Origin: Octopus vulgaris
Lineage: Eukaryota
Direction: 5' to 3'
DNA: 64,000 bases
Assembly: GCA_951406725.2 (NCBI GenBank)
Contig: OX597815.1
Location: forward strand, 11,842,001 to 11,906,000
A program made the position numbers and the translations under genes. The notes beneath the pieces were generated by a model, which worked only from the letters and a program-made list of their open reading frames with translations, was not told where the DNA came from and made no database searches. Each line of letters starts with the position of its first letter. Within the stretch, counting starts at the first letter, position 1. Positions 43,251-56,899 of the stretch are shown here, in pieces.

Positions 43251-43825
43251 ATTACCAGCAAAATATGTTAAAAGTAAAAAGAATTCATAGTTTAAACAGT
43301 TTACGGTATTGTGACTTTAAATAATCTGCAATGTTACATCTTAAAGATCTCGAAAGGACGAAACATAATTTCGTACATGAAATCAGAAATTAAACAGTCG
43401 TAACTAGATGTTGCATTGCATTACATCTTGTCTGACATTCTATCCTTACTGTCATCAAGTGACAAAGTATTACCAGGCATGGCAGTGCTACAATATGGCC
43501 AAACCGTTGCCTAAATCGAGGATTTGTTAAACATATCTTGACCAAAGTCAGAAAATAAAAATGAATAAAAAAAAAAAAAAACTTCCATCTAGAGATTAAG
43601 TCACTGAAAAACAACGTTGAATGAAAGCTTTCAGCAAGTTGTATAGATAAGAGCAAATTTTTAATCTCTCCTTCGAAATACTTTCCCCGATATCACATTC
43701 ACACTTAGGTTTTCTCGTATAGAACGGTCTTGTAAACATAACAACAACACGTAGAAATCCGGAAAAGTGACATAATCTAAAAAAATATATTTTCGCCAGC
43801 GCTAATTGAATATATATATATTCTA

Positions 43826-43939
43826 TGATGAACGGCAACGAGAAACTCAGATAACAGATTTTGTTGAATTTTCTGCTGCTTAAAATAAAGCATATTACTA
43901 TATTTGAGTACTTTTTTCCACCTTGTTTCACATTTATGT

Positions 43940-43943
<4 letters not shown>
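43826..43943 (+). mobile_element. Truncated copy of the 51544-51778 HHR repeat family, between TA tracts
   Basis: TGATGAACGGCAACGAGAAACTCAGA..AACAGATTTTGTTG...CCACCTTGTTTCACATTTATGTGTTTA matches 51643-51771. Confidence 0.85.
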
Positions 43944-44003
<60 letters not shown>

Positions 44004-44593
44004 TAGGCGCAGAGCCAAAAATTTTGGGTTTGTGGGAATGAGTTAACCAATTACACAGTATATAGTACTCTCAAGTGGTATTTATTTTATCGGACCCTCA
44101 AGCATGAACTGCAAAGTAAACTTCGGTGAATTCTGAACTGAGAACGTTCTATATACGTGCATATATATACGTTTGTGTGTGGGGGTGTGAGTATGTGTGT
44201 TTGTGTTTGTATACAAACGTATACACACACAACAGCACACTCAGCCAAAATAACATGTACATATACGTATCGGACAGGGCAACACATCCCTCTTCCTCTT
44301 GCTCACATCTTCTCAGCTGAAAATGTTTACAAGTCAATAGCTGATGCAGCCTTATTTCATTAAAACTGTCAAATAATCGAATTTCAATGGACCAAGGGTG
44401 ACAGGGATAAAAGTTTGCTTATGTCAACTCTCCCCTACATGAATATCAAATTGGATAAGCGATATTTTGTTATATAAGAACGCGTCCTACTCGCTTGCAA
44501 AGCTTGTCTTCCTTCTCCTTGGTCAACATCAGTGTTATCTTCATCATCATCGTCATTTTCTCCTTCATTTTTTCTGATCTCTCTCTCTCTCTA

Positions 44594-44670
<77 letters not shown>

Positions 44671-45479
44671 CATATGCGTGAATATATACCTGCTTGTGTG
44701 TATATGATTCTCTGTGTCAGTGTGTTCTTGTATGCAGATTTGCCTCAATGATTAAGGTATTTACCACAGAACTCGATTACCTGTCTGTAGTATAGCCAAC
44801 ATTGCAAATAAATTTTGAGAGAATTTGAGTGAATATACGGAAGGACAATCACTGTATACTGATGTATTTAGAGAAAGGCACTTAATTTGACGACTTTGTT
44901 TCATGGGTATAGTTCCACTGACAGTGAGGATCATGTATCGCTTCCAACGATCAGAACCGACAATTGTAAGTGCAGGTGTTAAGAAAATATATGTTACAGC
45001 ATCTTCACAATGCTGAAATAATTGATGAAGATTTTAACCTCACAACAATTTAGGCAAGATGTTGCTAAGCAGTTAATCAAAAATCATTTTACACTTTGCT
45101 TCAGTGCCCTAGGTAAAAATTTATTTGTCTCAACCCATTCTTAGCGCATATTCCATCTCTGTATATAATATTTCAAGAAAATCAGTTGAAAACTTTTAAC
45201 GTTATGGTAGAAAACGACATTCATCTGAGAACTTGCATTGAAATTCCCTACTGGCTTTTGAAATATCTTTGCTGATTATATATTTTCAATTATTTATTTA
45301 TTTATTTATTTTGAAATTCCAAGTGAAATAGTGACCGCATGGGCATAAGCTCCACACACGTATTAAGTTTCATGAAGATCTGTTGCATAGTCTCGGATGA
45401 GTTAAAGTACTAAATTTACAAACACACACAGCTACAGACAGATTTTGCCATTTATGTATATAGGTAGATATGTGTGTAT

Positions 45480-45533
<54 letters not shown>

Positions 45534-45740
45534 ATGTATGAACATGTATTACCCTATATTCGTCCCCCAGCAATCTCTACAGATAACGGAATTCTTATCG
45601 GCGCAGACTACCGCTAATCTCTTGTTTCTGTTTTCTGATTATATGTGTGTGTGTTTGCTTGTGCGTCTATGTATGTGCGTGCGTGCGTGTGTGTGTGTGT
45701 CTGTTTGTTTGTGGTTGTGTCTTACTTTCGTAAGGAATTA

Positions 45741-46191
45741 CAGGGGTCCTGTTAAGGGTTCGAATGGGGGTTGGCGTGCGAAAGACCAGTTCACCCAGAT
45801 GAACTGCTTGAAATGCTTAGTCAGTGCCATGCCCATCCCTCACACTGATGTTGTCAATTTCAATAAAAGATATTCCAGCAATATGATGGGTTTTCCATAT
45901 TTTCTAACCGTGAAAACAATTTCATAGAAATTGAATGTTTAATATTGAATACTCGTACACGTAGTTTTAAATTTTAAAAAAGTGTGTCATCATCAATAGA
46001 ATTGCTTAATATGTCGTTCATTTTAATTCCAAACATCAGTACTCAGTACGCATTTAAGATATGGTAGGGTAGGGTACTAAGTTAATTTAAATGAAGAGAG
46101 TGGTCCATGTGGAAGGAAAAGTAGATAAAGGGGGTCAGTGCGGAGGAAGTGGCTAAATGGGGTCGATGGACGAAAGGTTTGGCGACCTCTG
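45741..46191. mobile_element. Possible hAT-type non-autonomous remnant
   Basis: Right end AAAGGTTTGGCGACCTCTG (reverse complement CAGAGGTCGCCAAAC) and left CAGGGGTC. No matching TSD. Confidence 0.35.
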
Positions 46192-47439
46192 CCTTAGACA
46201 TATTAGATTGTAATCCTATAACTTTCTGCGATGATAACGTTTCAACTTACTTTTATGCAATTTTATTACTTCAATAAGTTCAATTATTAGAAATGCCTTT
46301 ATTATTTGAACTTATTTTTGGATTGCTTCGATTACTCTGTATTTAATCTTCAACATTATTAAAACTTATCAATCAAATGACCGAGATCGTTCCAATATAG
46401 TGATTGTTGCTTCATGCACAGGATTAAGTTTGTACGAGAAAAATAATATCCCACTTTATTAAACCTTGAGTTGGATCCATTTTGAGTGCGGATTGACGAA
46501 ATTGAAGAAATCAAGAAATCAAAATTAACTCTTCAATATATATTACAGTTGCGATTTACTTATTCTTCCCTAAAGCATACGCGTTCGGCCTCTGTTCACC
46601 CTCAATGTTCATCGAAATTCTTCAACTATAAACACATATCACGGAGACCAAACACCCACCCACACATGTTCCACCATTAACGGGATAACGTATATTAATT
46701 TAAAACGTACACACCACATTTCAGATTGCACACTTATTTCTGTATCCACTCAACATATACGAACAGAAATATCTACATGCACTACATTCATGCAAACACA
46801 TACATACACATATGCACATATTCACGCAAAATGTAAACGTCTCCGGACTGTGCATCCAACTGGTGTTCCTTCAGGTATTAAATACTTCAAGAGCCACATA
46901 AGCACAGGCCTAATACAATATGACAAGCACAATTCTGCGATCGCATTCGAAGTTCTCCATACATTAGAATTACACACACATAAACACATGCTTCTTCTGC
47001 ATGCTATTTATGCACAAATAAATATATGTGCAAACACTGACATTGCTATCGTTCTATTTCTCTTCCACCAGAAAATACGTCATTAGCCCGTTTCATATAT
47101 CCGGCTCACCAGCGGCCAAATATTTAGCGCTGTACAACACGGATTTTTTATTGTAGAAAAGATTTCTCTGTTGTCTCTTGTGTGCGTTCCTTTTTTTTTA
47201 CTTTCCTACTATCTCTTTGCTTCTACTCTTTCTCCACAATCAGTAAAAGTAGTAAGTCGGAGATGTTATATTTATGCGTATTTTTTGTTTTTAGTTTATG
47301 TTGTTTGCTATACAAGCATACACACAAACAAACATACATATAGACATTTATAAATACACATTTATAATCACACGTAAAGGATTTAATATTGCTCTAATAT
47401 TGAGGGTTATGCCTTTGCTCAGATTGCCCTACGCTCATG

Positions 47440-47640
47440 GAGGTTCAAAATATTGCTTTAAAATTTGGGCACAATGCCAACAGTTTCGAAGGTGCAGTAA
47501 ATTTATTACATCAACTCCAATACTCAACCTGTACTTATTTGATCGACACCGAAAGGATGAAAGGGAAACTCGACCTCCTGAGTATTTGAACTCAGAACCA
47601 AATGCTGCTAAACGTTTTAACCGTGCTAACGATTTTGTCA
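47440..47640. mobile_element. Decayed SINE family B-related fragment (minus-strand-like)
   Basis: GTACTTATTTGATCGACACCGAAAGGATGAAAGG...TTTGAACTCAGAAC is the reverse complement of the family B body. Confidence 0.65.
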
Positions 47641-48623
47641 CCTCAATATTATATTTTGTATATGAATGTCTTCAGCATCTTGGAAATTGAATACTGTAAA
47701 ATTTTATTTGTTTCCTTCAGATATAAAATATTATTCCAGAGAAAGGTTACAAAGTGTGTAAAATATTGCTGATGTGATCGAATTGCTTGAAATCGATACG
47801 ATAATTGTTTCGTAACCTCCACGTGTTTGATAATGAAAGAAATAACTGTTGTGTAATTGTCTAGGAATGATTATTTCCACTTTAAAATTTTTGGTTTCTA
47901 TTTGATATCAATTATAATAGAGAATACAGATAAGCTATGTTCGCTGGTGGTGCTGTTGTTTTCCTAGCCGAGTTGTTGTTAAATATAATTGTTATTGGTG
48001 TTAGATTTTTATTTTGTTGCTTTTTTTCCGTTTTACATTCTTCTTTGTTGCTTCTATTGTTGATGTTTTCTTTATTCAAAATGTGGTTGGCATTTGTTGG
48101 AGGTTATTTCTTGTATTTTAAAATTTTATGTAGAATAAGGTATTTTCACTTGCAAATGTTTTCTTGCATATTTTTATTCTTGATGTATTTATCTTTCCTT
48201 TCGATTTGTTATAGATACTCTTTTTAGTATGGCTTTTTTTATTTATTGTAGATTTGGTGATATATGCTGTTTTTGCTTCAGATCCTTTAAGGCAGTTCTC
48301 TGAATGCAGATCGATAGATTGATCGCACCAATTAAGACGAAAATTCTATTTTGATATTGCTTGTAGTATAGAAGAAAATTCGTTCTATTGCATAATTGTT
48401 GAAACGTAGGGGAATTTCATCTTATTTTAAAGTCATGCAACAGGAGTAGCGCTAAAACTCAACCAACTATAGACGCATTCCAACGCATTCTTTCTATTGA
48501 ACTTGTACTGTTCATTAGGGTTACTTACAGGCATACGATTAATATTATGTACGTTTTAGGAAAAATATGATATACTAATTTCTACTTTGTATATCAATCG
48601 AACACTTTCTTTTATAGTTCTAA

Positions 48624-49020
48624 CTAGCAGTATCGCCCGGCGTTGCTCGGGTTTGTAAGGGAAATAACTATATAAGCATTTTTAGAGAGTTATAGCCAAA
48701 AAATAGCAAAAAAATGCATTAAAAATGGAGAAAAATGATGGTAATTTTTTAAAAAAATTGTTGACTCATCGTAGACATTTTTAGAGAGTTACTTTCCTTA
48801 TATAATAGCGAAAAAAATGCATTAAAATGGAAAAAATGATGGTAAATTTTTTTTTAAATCGTAGACGCATCGTAGACTCGCGCTAATACCCAGAAGGGCT
48901 CGATATGAATCAAGACTATAAGATACCCGATTTTGGTTAAACTGCACCGCAAAATGTGGGAGTAGTTAGGAATCTAAATCGTAGGAGACAGACACACAAC
49001 TTCACTTTTATATATAAAGA
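48624..49020 (-). mobile_element. Complete ~400-bp non-autonomous Helitron
   Basis: Minus strand begins TC (TCTTTATATATAAAAG) and ends with hairpin CCCGAGCAACGCCGGG plus CTAG. It is inserted between A and T with no TSD. Confidence 0.9.
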
Positions 49021-49671
49021 TTTCCAAAGCTCCAGAAAGCTTTATAGTACTAATTTCCAAAGCTTTCATTAACAGTGCAGGATAATACATAATTATTCAA
49101 TAAAAACTTATGTAATACCAAAGAACTAAATAAAAAAAATCAATCAGTCATGTGCACCACTGATAGATCCTTTAAGACTTCGCTAAACTAGCCACAATAT
49201 TTGGCGCAAATTCCAAAATAATTTCACAACGGGTTCAGAGTAAATATACTGAATTTTGTATACTTTAAACAGTAACCGCTTGATTGTTAGAGACTTCAGT
49301 GAGTGGGTATTTATATTTAATTTCTATTTGATTTTCTTCTCTAATTTCTTGAGTTTTAAACGCATCGATAGTTTAGAATTGCAAACTATTTCGAAGTTAT
49401 CAAATATAATTTCCCACCAAATTTTCCACTTGTATTATTTTATGTTTGGTATCTCAAGCAAGATATTGCTTTGTTTTGGAAAGAAACAAACTAATTCAAC
49501 TTTTAATTATTTCAGTTTATAAAGGTAAATAATTAAGTACAAATATCGGATTGATATTTTAATTAATTATCTGGAAGCGAAAGTGTTACTTCCATGCCAG
49601 TATTAATGCACTTAGCTTTTGTTTATGGAAAGTATTTCACATATGGAACAAAATGAAATATAACAGCTGGT

Positions 49672-49676
<5 letters not shown>

Positions 49677-49750
<74 letters not shown>

Positions 49751-49958
49751 ATAAATGCGCCCTTTTAAGCCTAGCCAGGCTCATGGGCCCCGTTTCCCGG
49801 TCCCTATGGCGTATGTGTTCCCCAGCTGTGTGGACTAGAGCAACGTGAAATGAAGTCTTTTGCTCAAGAACACAACGCGTCGCACGGTCCAGGAATCGAA
49901 ACCACAATCTTACGATCATGATTCTGACACCCTAACTCCTAAGCCACGCGCCTCCACA
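49677..49958 (-). mobile_element. tRNA-derived SINE family D with (ATT)n tail
   Basis: Minus head TGTGGAGGCGCGTGGCTTAG...GGTTTCGATTCCTGG; body GTGTTCTTGAGCAAAAGACTTCATTTCAC. Confidence 0.85.
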
Positions 49959-50089
49959 CAGATAGTAAGCAAGCATCGCATATGAAAAGCATCAACCTGA
50001 TTGTTGTGCTTTCTGTACAAAGTCTAAGATTCATCACCACAAAGTAATGTCTAGACGAACGACCTATATTCATTAACTTTCCCCTTCAA

Positions 50090-50970
50090 CGATAGGTCGT
50101 GGCCATTCCATATTCTGTGATAAAGCGTATCGAAGAGGAGCTAGTCTTTCCGATGCTGGAATCGATTTCTTTATCCATTTTCGCATCATTGGACACAATG
50201 GAACCAAGATATGTGAAGGAGGAAACATTTTTTAATGCTTTCCCATCAACATACAACAACATTTTTTACAGTTTACCCATCAACAGATAGTAACATAGGC
50301 GCAACAGCTGGAGGATGGTCACGAATGGACTGATGGACAAGCGCAGTTTTTTTATGCTGATGTGTGTCAAACCAAAGACCTTCGATGCACGCACAGATTC
50401 GTATAGAAAGCATCGCATGTCCCCTACAAGCGCACAAACTTCTGCAGAGCGCAAATCTCGAACTTTTTGCACCAAAGTCTTAGTTTTTGCTTTGAATCGC
50501 TGTAGGTTGATCAAACCACCGCCACTTCTGTGCTCAACCTTTACTACTTCTTTAACACTCTCGGACGTTGTTTCCAACATGATGGAGAAATGCAAAGCAA
50601 ATAGGAGTGATGTAAGAACACAGTCTTGTTTTGCCCCATTTGAGACTGTGAATGAATTGGACACTTCCCCGCTAGATCTGACAGAAATTATCATCCCTAC
50701 ATGGAAAGAAATTATGACGTTGAATATCTTTTCTGGAGCACGTAGCTTTATAAGGACAACTGAAAGGGTTGGTGTAGATACGGTGTCGAAAGCTTTAGCT
50801 AGATGTACAGAATTGACAAACAGGTCTCGGTTGTGTTCACGAGCATTTTTTCTGTAGCTGCCTTAGGCTAAAAACCACATCCACAGTGTCTTTACAAAAC
50901 TGAAATCCATACTAGATGCAGGGAGTACTGACCTGGCAAGGGCATCATTTAGTCTATTTAAAATATCGTA
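50090..50970 (-). mobile_element. RTE-clade (BovB-like) LINE RT fragment
   Basis: LAKAFDTV, FTVSNGAKQDCVLTSLLF, GGLINLQRFKAKTK and FTYLGSIVSND. Confidence 0.9.
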
Positions 50971-51485
50971 ACTAGACTACATGATGTATATATAGACAGA
51001 TAGATAGATAGATATACAATTTCGCTTATTATAGAGTCACGCACCCACACCCATATATATATACATATTTATATGTAAACATGTGTATATGGGTGTATGA
51101 ATGTGTGTTGTGACTATAACACCTGCCGATTAATAATAAAATACCTGTACACGCATACGCGCGGGCACATACACACGCAGAAACACACTCACAAATAAAC
51201 ACACACACACACATTGTAGGTTTTATTTCAAACAACACCGTATTCACTAGTAAAACATTCCGTCGTTACTTATATATTAAATAACATATTGTGGGGAACT
51301 GTTCGAATATTCGGTAATTAAGGATTATATAAAATAAACTGCACATCAAATTTTAAGTTACAAATAATAAATACACTATTAAATAATAATTGCATTTATT
51401 ACTGGTTTATGGTTTAATTATGTTAATTATAAAACAATCGGAACAACTAAACAAGCAACTAAGCATTCATTACAATGTGTATATA

Positions 51486-51544
<59 letters not shown>

Positions 51545-51570
51545 TTTATTTTAAGCAGCAGAAAATTCAA

Positions 51571-51620
51571 CAAAATCTGTTACTCTGAGTTTCTCGTTGC
51601 CGTTCATCAGACAGTTTTTG
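51571..51620 (-). ncRNA. Minimal type I hammerhead ribozyme motif
   Basis: CAAAAACTGT-CTGATGA-ACG-GCAA-CGA-GAAA-CTCAGAG-TA-ACAGATTTTG; stem I pairs 9/10; GUA triplet. Confidence 0.75.
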
Positions 51621-51631
51621 CTAGATTCTAG

Positions 51632-51681
51632 CAAAAACTGTCTGATGAACGGCAACTAGAAACTCAGAGTAACAGATTTTG
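51632..51681 (+). ncRNA. Minimal type I hammerhead ribozyme motif (stem II mutated)
   Basis: Mirror image of 51571-51620 with CGA>CTA in stem II. Confidence 0.7.
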
Positions 51682-51775
51682 TTGTTTTCTGCTGCTTAAA
51701 ATAAAGCATATTACTCTACCACTGGTATTTGAGTACTCTATTTTCCACCTTGTTTCACATTTATGTGTTTACTCC

Positions 51776-51827
<52 letters not shown>

Positions 51828-52075
51828 CATACACATTTTTAAAAACATACATGCATGTACACATACACTGACGAAGAGACAGAAATATTGTTATTCGCGC
51901 TCCACGCAACCACACAATATACGAAGCATTTGTAAAATTAGCCAAATTACTTTGCTCCCGAGGGAACAATGTTTGTTATTGCATGAAATTAATAATTTTT
52001 TATTTAAAATAATAACCGCTATATTTAGATCTAGATCACTTTTTATACATACAAACATACATAATATATACATAC

Positions 52076-52133
<58 letters not shown>

Positions 52134-52662
52134 TTATGTGTATATATAACCTTCTGTAGTTTTTTCACTTGTTACTATTTTCTATATATTCAACCACGTG
52201 CTTTCACACACCAACTTTCTCACCTATATATATATATATATATATACACATACACATGCATGCACACATACATGGATACACACACATGGGTGAGTGTGCA
52301 TGTATACGTATATGTGTGAAAATTTCCCTCATACATGTATATTTGTAATGGTCTGTGTTCGTGTCTCTTTTCAGTGTTTACACTCGTTTAATGTTTTCAC
52401 CAGTAATAACGTTGTATAAATCGCTACAAATTCTGAAGTGTGACAAACATTAAATGCATATGTCAAAAACAGTTATTGCCTTGCAACTATCGTAAAATCC
52501 TATATCGTAGTGGAGATTACGTATGATATTGTTGGCCATTTTACACAATTATGACAGCCAGCCGAGCACGCGTATTTTTGTATGATCACATGACAGAGGC
52601 GCTAACGTATACATGGATACATACATACTTGTTTACATTATTAACATTCATTATTTACATTG

Positions 52663-53090
52663 TGGGATGGAGTTAAAATAATAGGCAGAGAACAGCACTG
52701 GGAAATACGTAAACGAAAAGAAGCAGCGCATATGCTAACACAAAACAACCTCATAAGCAAACCGAGTGAAGATATGAGTAGCATATGGCAACCGGTATTA
52801 AGCAAGGATAGGGAAATATCAGATTTATAAGACCAAAAATTCACTCTATAATAGGCCACAGGAATACGACGTAGTGGCCACAGGCATATGGCTACTAATC
52901 TCAAGATTCCGATTTCGATTCTAAGCAGTGACCCGAATAATACTAACATCGAAAATACCTTAGGAATGTGAACACAGGTTCGAAATTTCCTCAAGAAACC
53001 TGATGAATCTGCAGGGTATATTCAGCCGAAATGTTGTGTTAAAAATAAAGAAGATGAGGACAAATATCCGTCAAATGAAAATAATGTATG
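52663..53090 (+). mobile_element. Penelope-like element 3' end: ORF C-terminus, tRNA-like segment, HHR and tail
   Basis: Frame 52663-52830 reads WDGVKIIGREQHWEIRKRKEAAHM...SKPSEDMSSIWQPVL..* (PLE GIY-YIG C-terminal pattern). 52855-53090 is homologous to 42082-42360. CTGATGA...CAGCC-GAAATGTT-GTGT lies at ~53000-53040. Confidence 0.8.
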
Positions 53091-54365
53091 TATATATATA
53101 TATCTATACACATACATTATATATATATACATAATATGCGCGCGGACACAGACATACAAGCATACACATACATGCATAGATATGTGTATAAAAATAATAC
53201 ACAATGGAAAGAGGTACTAGTATTTTCATGCTTTTATGATATTTTAACTAGGCATATTTATAAAATACGCCCTGTATCTCAAAGCAAGCATCATAAAAGC
53301 ATAAAACCATTAGTAGCACTTTCAGTTGCATATTAAATTGATATTTATCTCTCACTGGATGAAGTACTTGTTTTGTTTGATTCTACCTGTATTGGATGTG
53401 TTTGTGTGTATTTTGTATATATATGCATATATAGGCATGTATGTAAACAGTAATATATGACAAAATTATTAGGCCAGTATCTTGCTTCGGTATTTCGTTG
53501 GGCTCTTTCCTTTTAGTAAATAAATTGCCGTGTTGTACAAACTTGTTTTTCCTGCGTGCCTTCTCGGGGTTTTAGTCCGTGCTCTGCACGCTATTTATAG
53601 GAATTGAAGGTGTGCAATCAAGTCGTCCCAAATATTTTCCTTCTGTGAATGACGAAAAACAAATGCAAATTGACTCACCTTTACCAGGAGTGAAAGCGCA
53701 GCTATTCCATGAGGTGCACGTATACTGTCTGAGAAATTTGGATAGAGCTCGGCATTATAAAAGAATATATGTATCTGAAAAATATGTAAAAGAAATAGAT
53801 GAATTGCTTTAACATATACATTTATAATATTGACATAAAGCCATATATTTTAGAAACTATAGCATTTTACATAAAGAACAAACCGAAATTTGAATATAGC
53901 GTTATATGAACTCTCAAAGTAAACATTAGAATATAGAAATGTGGCTGAGAAATTCTGCTTAATCTACTCCGTATAAAGTATTTCATCTACAGCCAATGTT
54001 AATTTTCAAAATCGTTTTGATACAAATAAAAAAAAAATAGAGTATACGTTTTTTTAGTGTTACTGCATATTAATCCCAAAGTCCTAGGAGATAGATTAAA
54101 TGTTGCTCTTGTTGTGGAGAGTCGTGTAGATGTGGATGTATGTGTGTGTCTTAGCGGTGATGTTCGAAGCGGGTGTGACCGTTTGTGTGTGGGCGGTATT
54201 CGGCTAATGAATCTGTGTGCGTACGAAGAAGCTTTGCTTGTACTGTTCCAAAATTATTGATTATATCGATGAACGCAGTTATCTGATGTTTACTATATTT
54301 ATGTCGTTGTGAAGGATAAAAATGATAAAGACTGCTATGTATACGAGTGTATATAGTTATACATT

Positions 54366-55330
54366 TTGCCCCGCACAAATTCATCTACATGGTGCGATTG
54401 GTTTACGACGGCATACTAGCTCGAGTTCAGGTGAGTTGAGGTTCTTCCAATACATTTCCACTCACTAACAGAGACTAGCAGAGCTGAACGCACGCAGATA
54501 CGCTGTCCAGCATGATGTGCTCAGACATACAGTTGGACGTCGTCTGCAGCGAGACCCAAGCCAGAATCGCGGTCAAACTAAGACTGATGGCAAACTCTTC
54601 ATTCTGCAGCAGCTACAGGTCAAGACCGTGTAGAAGTGAACGACTATCTGTTCGCAGACCACAATGCACTCTACGCCACAATGGAGGGCCATATGCAGCA
54701 GATGATGAACTGCTTGGTGCTACTTTGGCGTGTGATCTACAACTCCAGTAGTGATTATTTTAGGTTGGTTTTTAGCTTATTTATGTTGCAAAACTCGCGG
54801 CTGCCAAACGTGCGCGATCTGCGCGCTCATTTGAATTATCATATTCTTTATTCTTGGTTTATTATTATTATTCACTAAGAAACAATAGACATGGTTTTAT
54901 CATTATCAAAAGAGGGACAAGTTTGAAAATTTTACATTTACAATGGTAAGTATGTACAAAGGACTTTATTGTAAAACAATCCTTAGCCAAAACTTAAGGG
55001 TAATTAGAGATTAAAAAGTAAACTAAAAAGTAACTTAAACTAATCGACCCTTGGGTTGTAGATTAGACGCCAAAGTAACATCGAAATGCTTCTCCACAGC
55101 ATGCAACAACTTTGGCCTCACAGTCACTACTGAGAAGACAAAACTCATGTACTAACCTACCTAGCAGAGACCATATGTGGATTACTTTCTCACTGTGGAA
55201 GGGGAAACCCTGAAGTTTGCTGATAAGTTCATGTACCTCTGCAGCAAACTCTGTAATTCTGTGAACGTTGACAATGAAAGTGACGCTCACATTGCCAAAG
55301 GAAGATCAACATTCGGACGACTAAGAATTT
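54366..55330 (+). mobile_element. RTE-clade LINE RT fragment with ~320-bp interruption
   Basis: PHKFIYMVRLVYDGILARVQ, YLFADHNAL, FSTACNNFGLTV and KFMYLCSKL...HIAKGRSTFGRL. Confidence 0.88.
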
Positions 55331-55422
55331 ATTCCCTGTGTATTTCGCAGAATCGCACAATGAGTATATCTATATTTGTGAAGCTACGTGTGTGTGTGCG
55401 CGCGCAAGCACGCACACATACA

Positions 55423-55465
<43 letters not shown>

Positions 55466-55618
55466 ACATACACACACACGAACACATGTATGTGGAGTCT
55501 CGAAATATTAAAGACGTTTTCACTTCCCGAGCGTTAAATTAATACATCTGTTTGTTGTCTTCGTCTTTTGTTTTTCTTTTGTGAATTCTCCCTATATATA
55601 TATATATGTGTGTGTATA

Positions 55619-55690
<72 letters not shown>

Positions 55691-56899
55691 TACATATCTA
55701 CTAATTGTACCGAAAGAGTCCAAAAACGAAAACGAAAACAAAAGATGAGTGCAAAGTTTCAGATGCTAAATTGTTAAAAGCAAAGGCTTTATTTGATTTA
55801 ATAAACAGATCGCTGTGTGGGCGTCACCTAAGTTTTAGTAGAATAATTTGTTTTTAAAGGAATATTAAGGGGAGATGACAAAAAAACTGACAATTTCAAT
55901 AGAACGACATGAAATATTGATTACATATTCAAAGCGACCGCTAAGTTAACGCTGTTAAGTGGATATTGGTAATATAAAAAAAAATGGAGACAAAAGAAGT
56001 AAAATTTAAGAGATAATGGCAGAGAATTGGATTTACACCATTTATTATGGTAAGTTCCCGAAAATTATGTAAAAACACATATCACTCGCAAATAATATTT
56101 GGGTTGATTTACAAATGATTAAACATAAAAATTATTCTAGTTAAGAAACAAGAAAAGAGGCGAGAGTTTTGTAAAGGTTATAATTTCGTTTAGAAGAATT
56201 AGAACACAACCTATACTTATTACTTCTAAATTTGCACGGTAGACATAAGTTGAATAGAAAACAAAACGGCTATGCACACGCTGGCCTGTTAACTTATATA
56301 AAATTTGGACAGGAAATTACACTTTATTACAGCGCTTTCCCAATATTTTATACTCAATAAACACACTTATGTTTGTCTGTGTGTGTGTGCGTGTATACAT
56401 ACATACATACATACACACACACACTTCTATATATAAATATATATATATATAAATATACATATATATATATGGGGGGAGGTTATGTGCGTACGTACATTTA
56501 TATATGTGGATATTTAGAGACAGAGAGGACAGAGAGAGAGATAGAGAGAGAGGCGAGAGACGCAGGCAAAGCAGCATGTTTAAGAAGTCCATATTCCAAC
56601 TACCTGTTTTTGGTTTAAATCCCACTGCGAAGTACGTTCGACAAGTGTCTTATACTATTGTGTGTCTTCGCGTCTGTGCCCATAACGCTTAAAACGTATG
56701 TATGCATATATTTTCTATGTCTATCAATCTATAAACTTACTTATGTGTGCGCGCGTTTGTGTATGTGTGATGGAATCGTTAATGTATTTGTGTGCTAAGT
56801 ACTATTTTATGTCGTTATATTGTCGTTTAGTGATTTCAGTTACTAGTTTGACGCACCTGAATATGTCTATGAAACATTGAAAGCATATAATGCTTTATG

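Larger units (their letters stand above)
51544..51778. mobile_element. Palindromic HHR-bearing PLE-type terminal repeat in (TA)n
   Basis: Near-perfect palindrome 51544-51706 centred on CTAGATTCTAG, plus a tail to 51778; (TA)n lies on both sides. Confidence 0.85.

Noticed and set aside
54050-54365. Inverted RTE segment (twin-priming-like) next to the RTE at 54366
   Set aside because: Translations on both strands gave no convincing RTE motifs.
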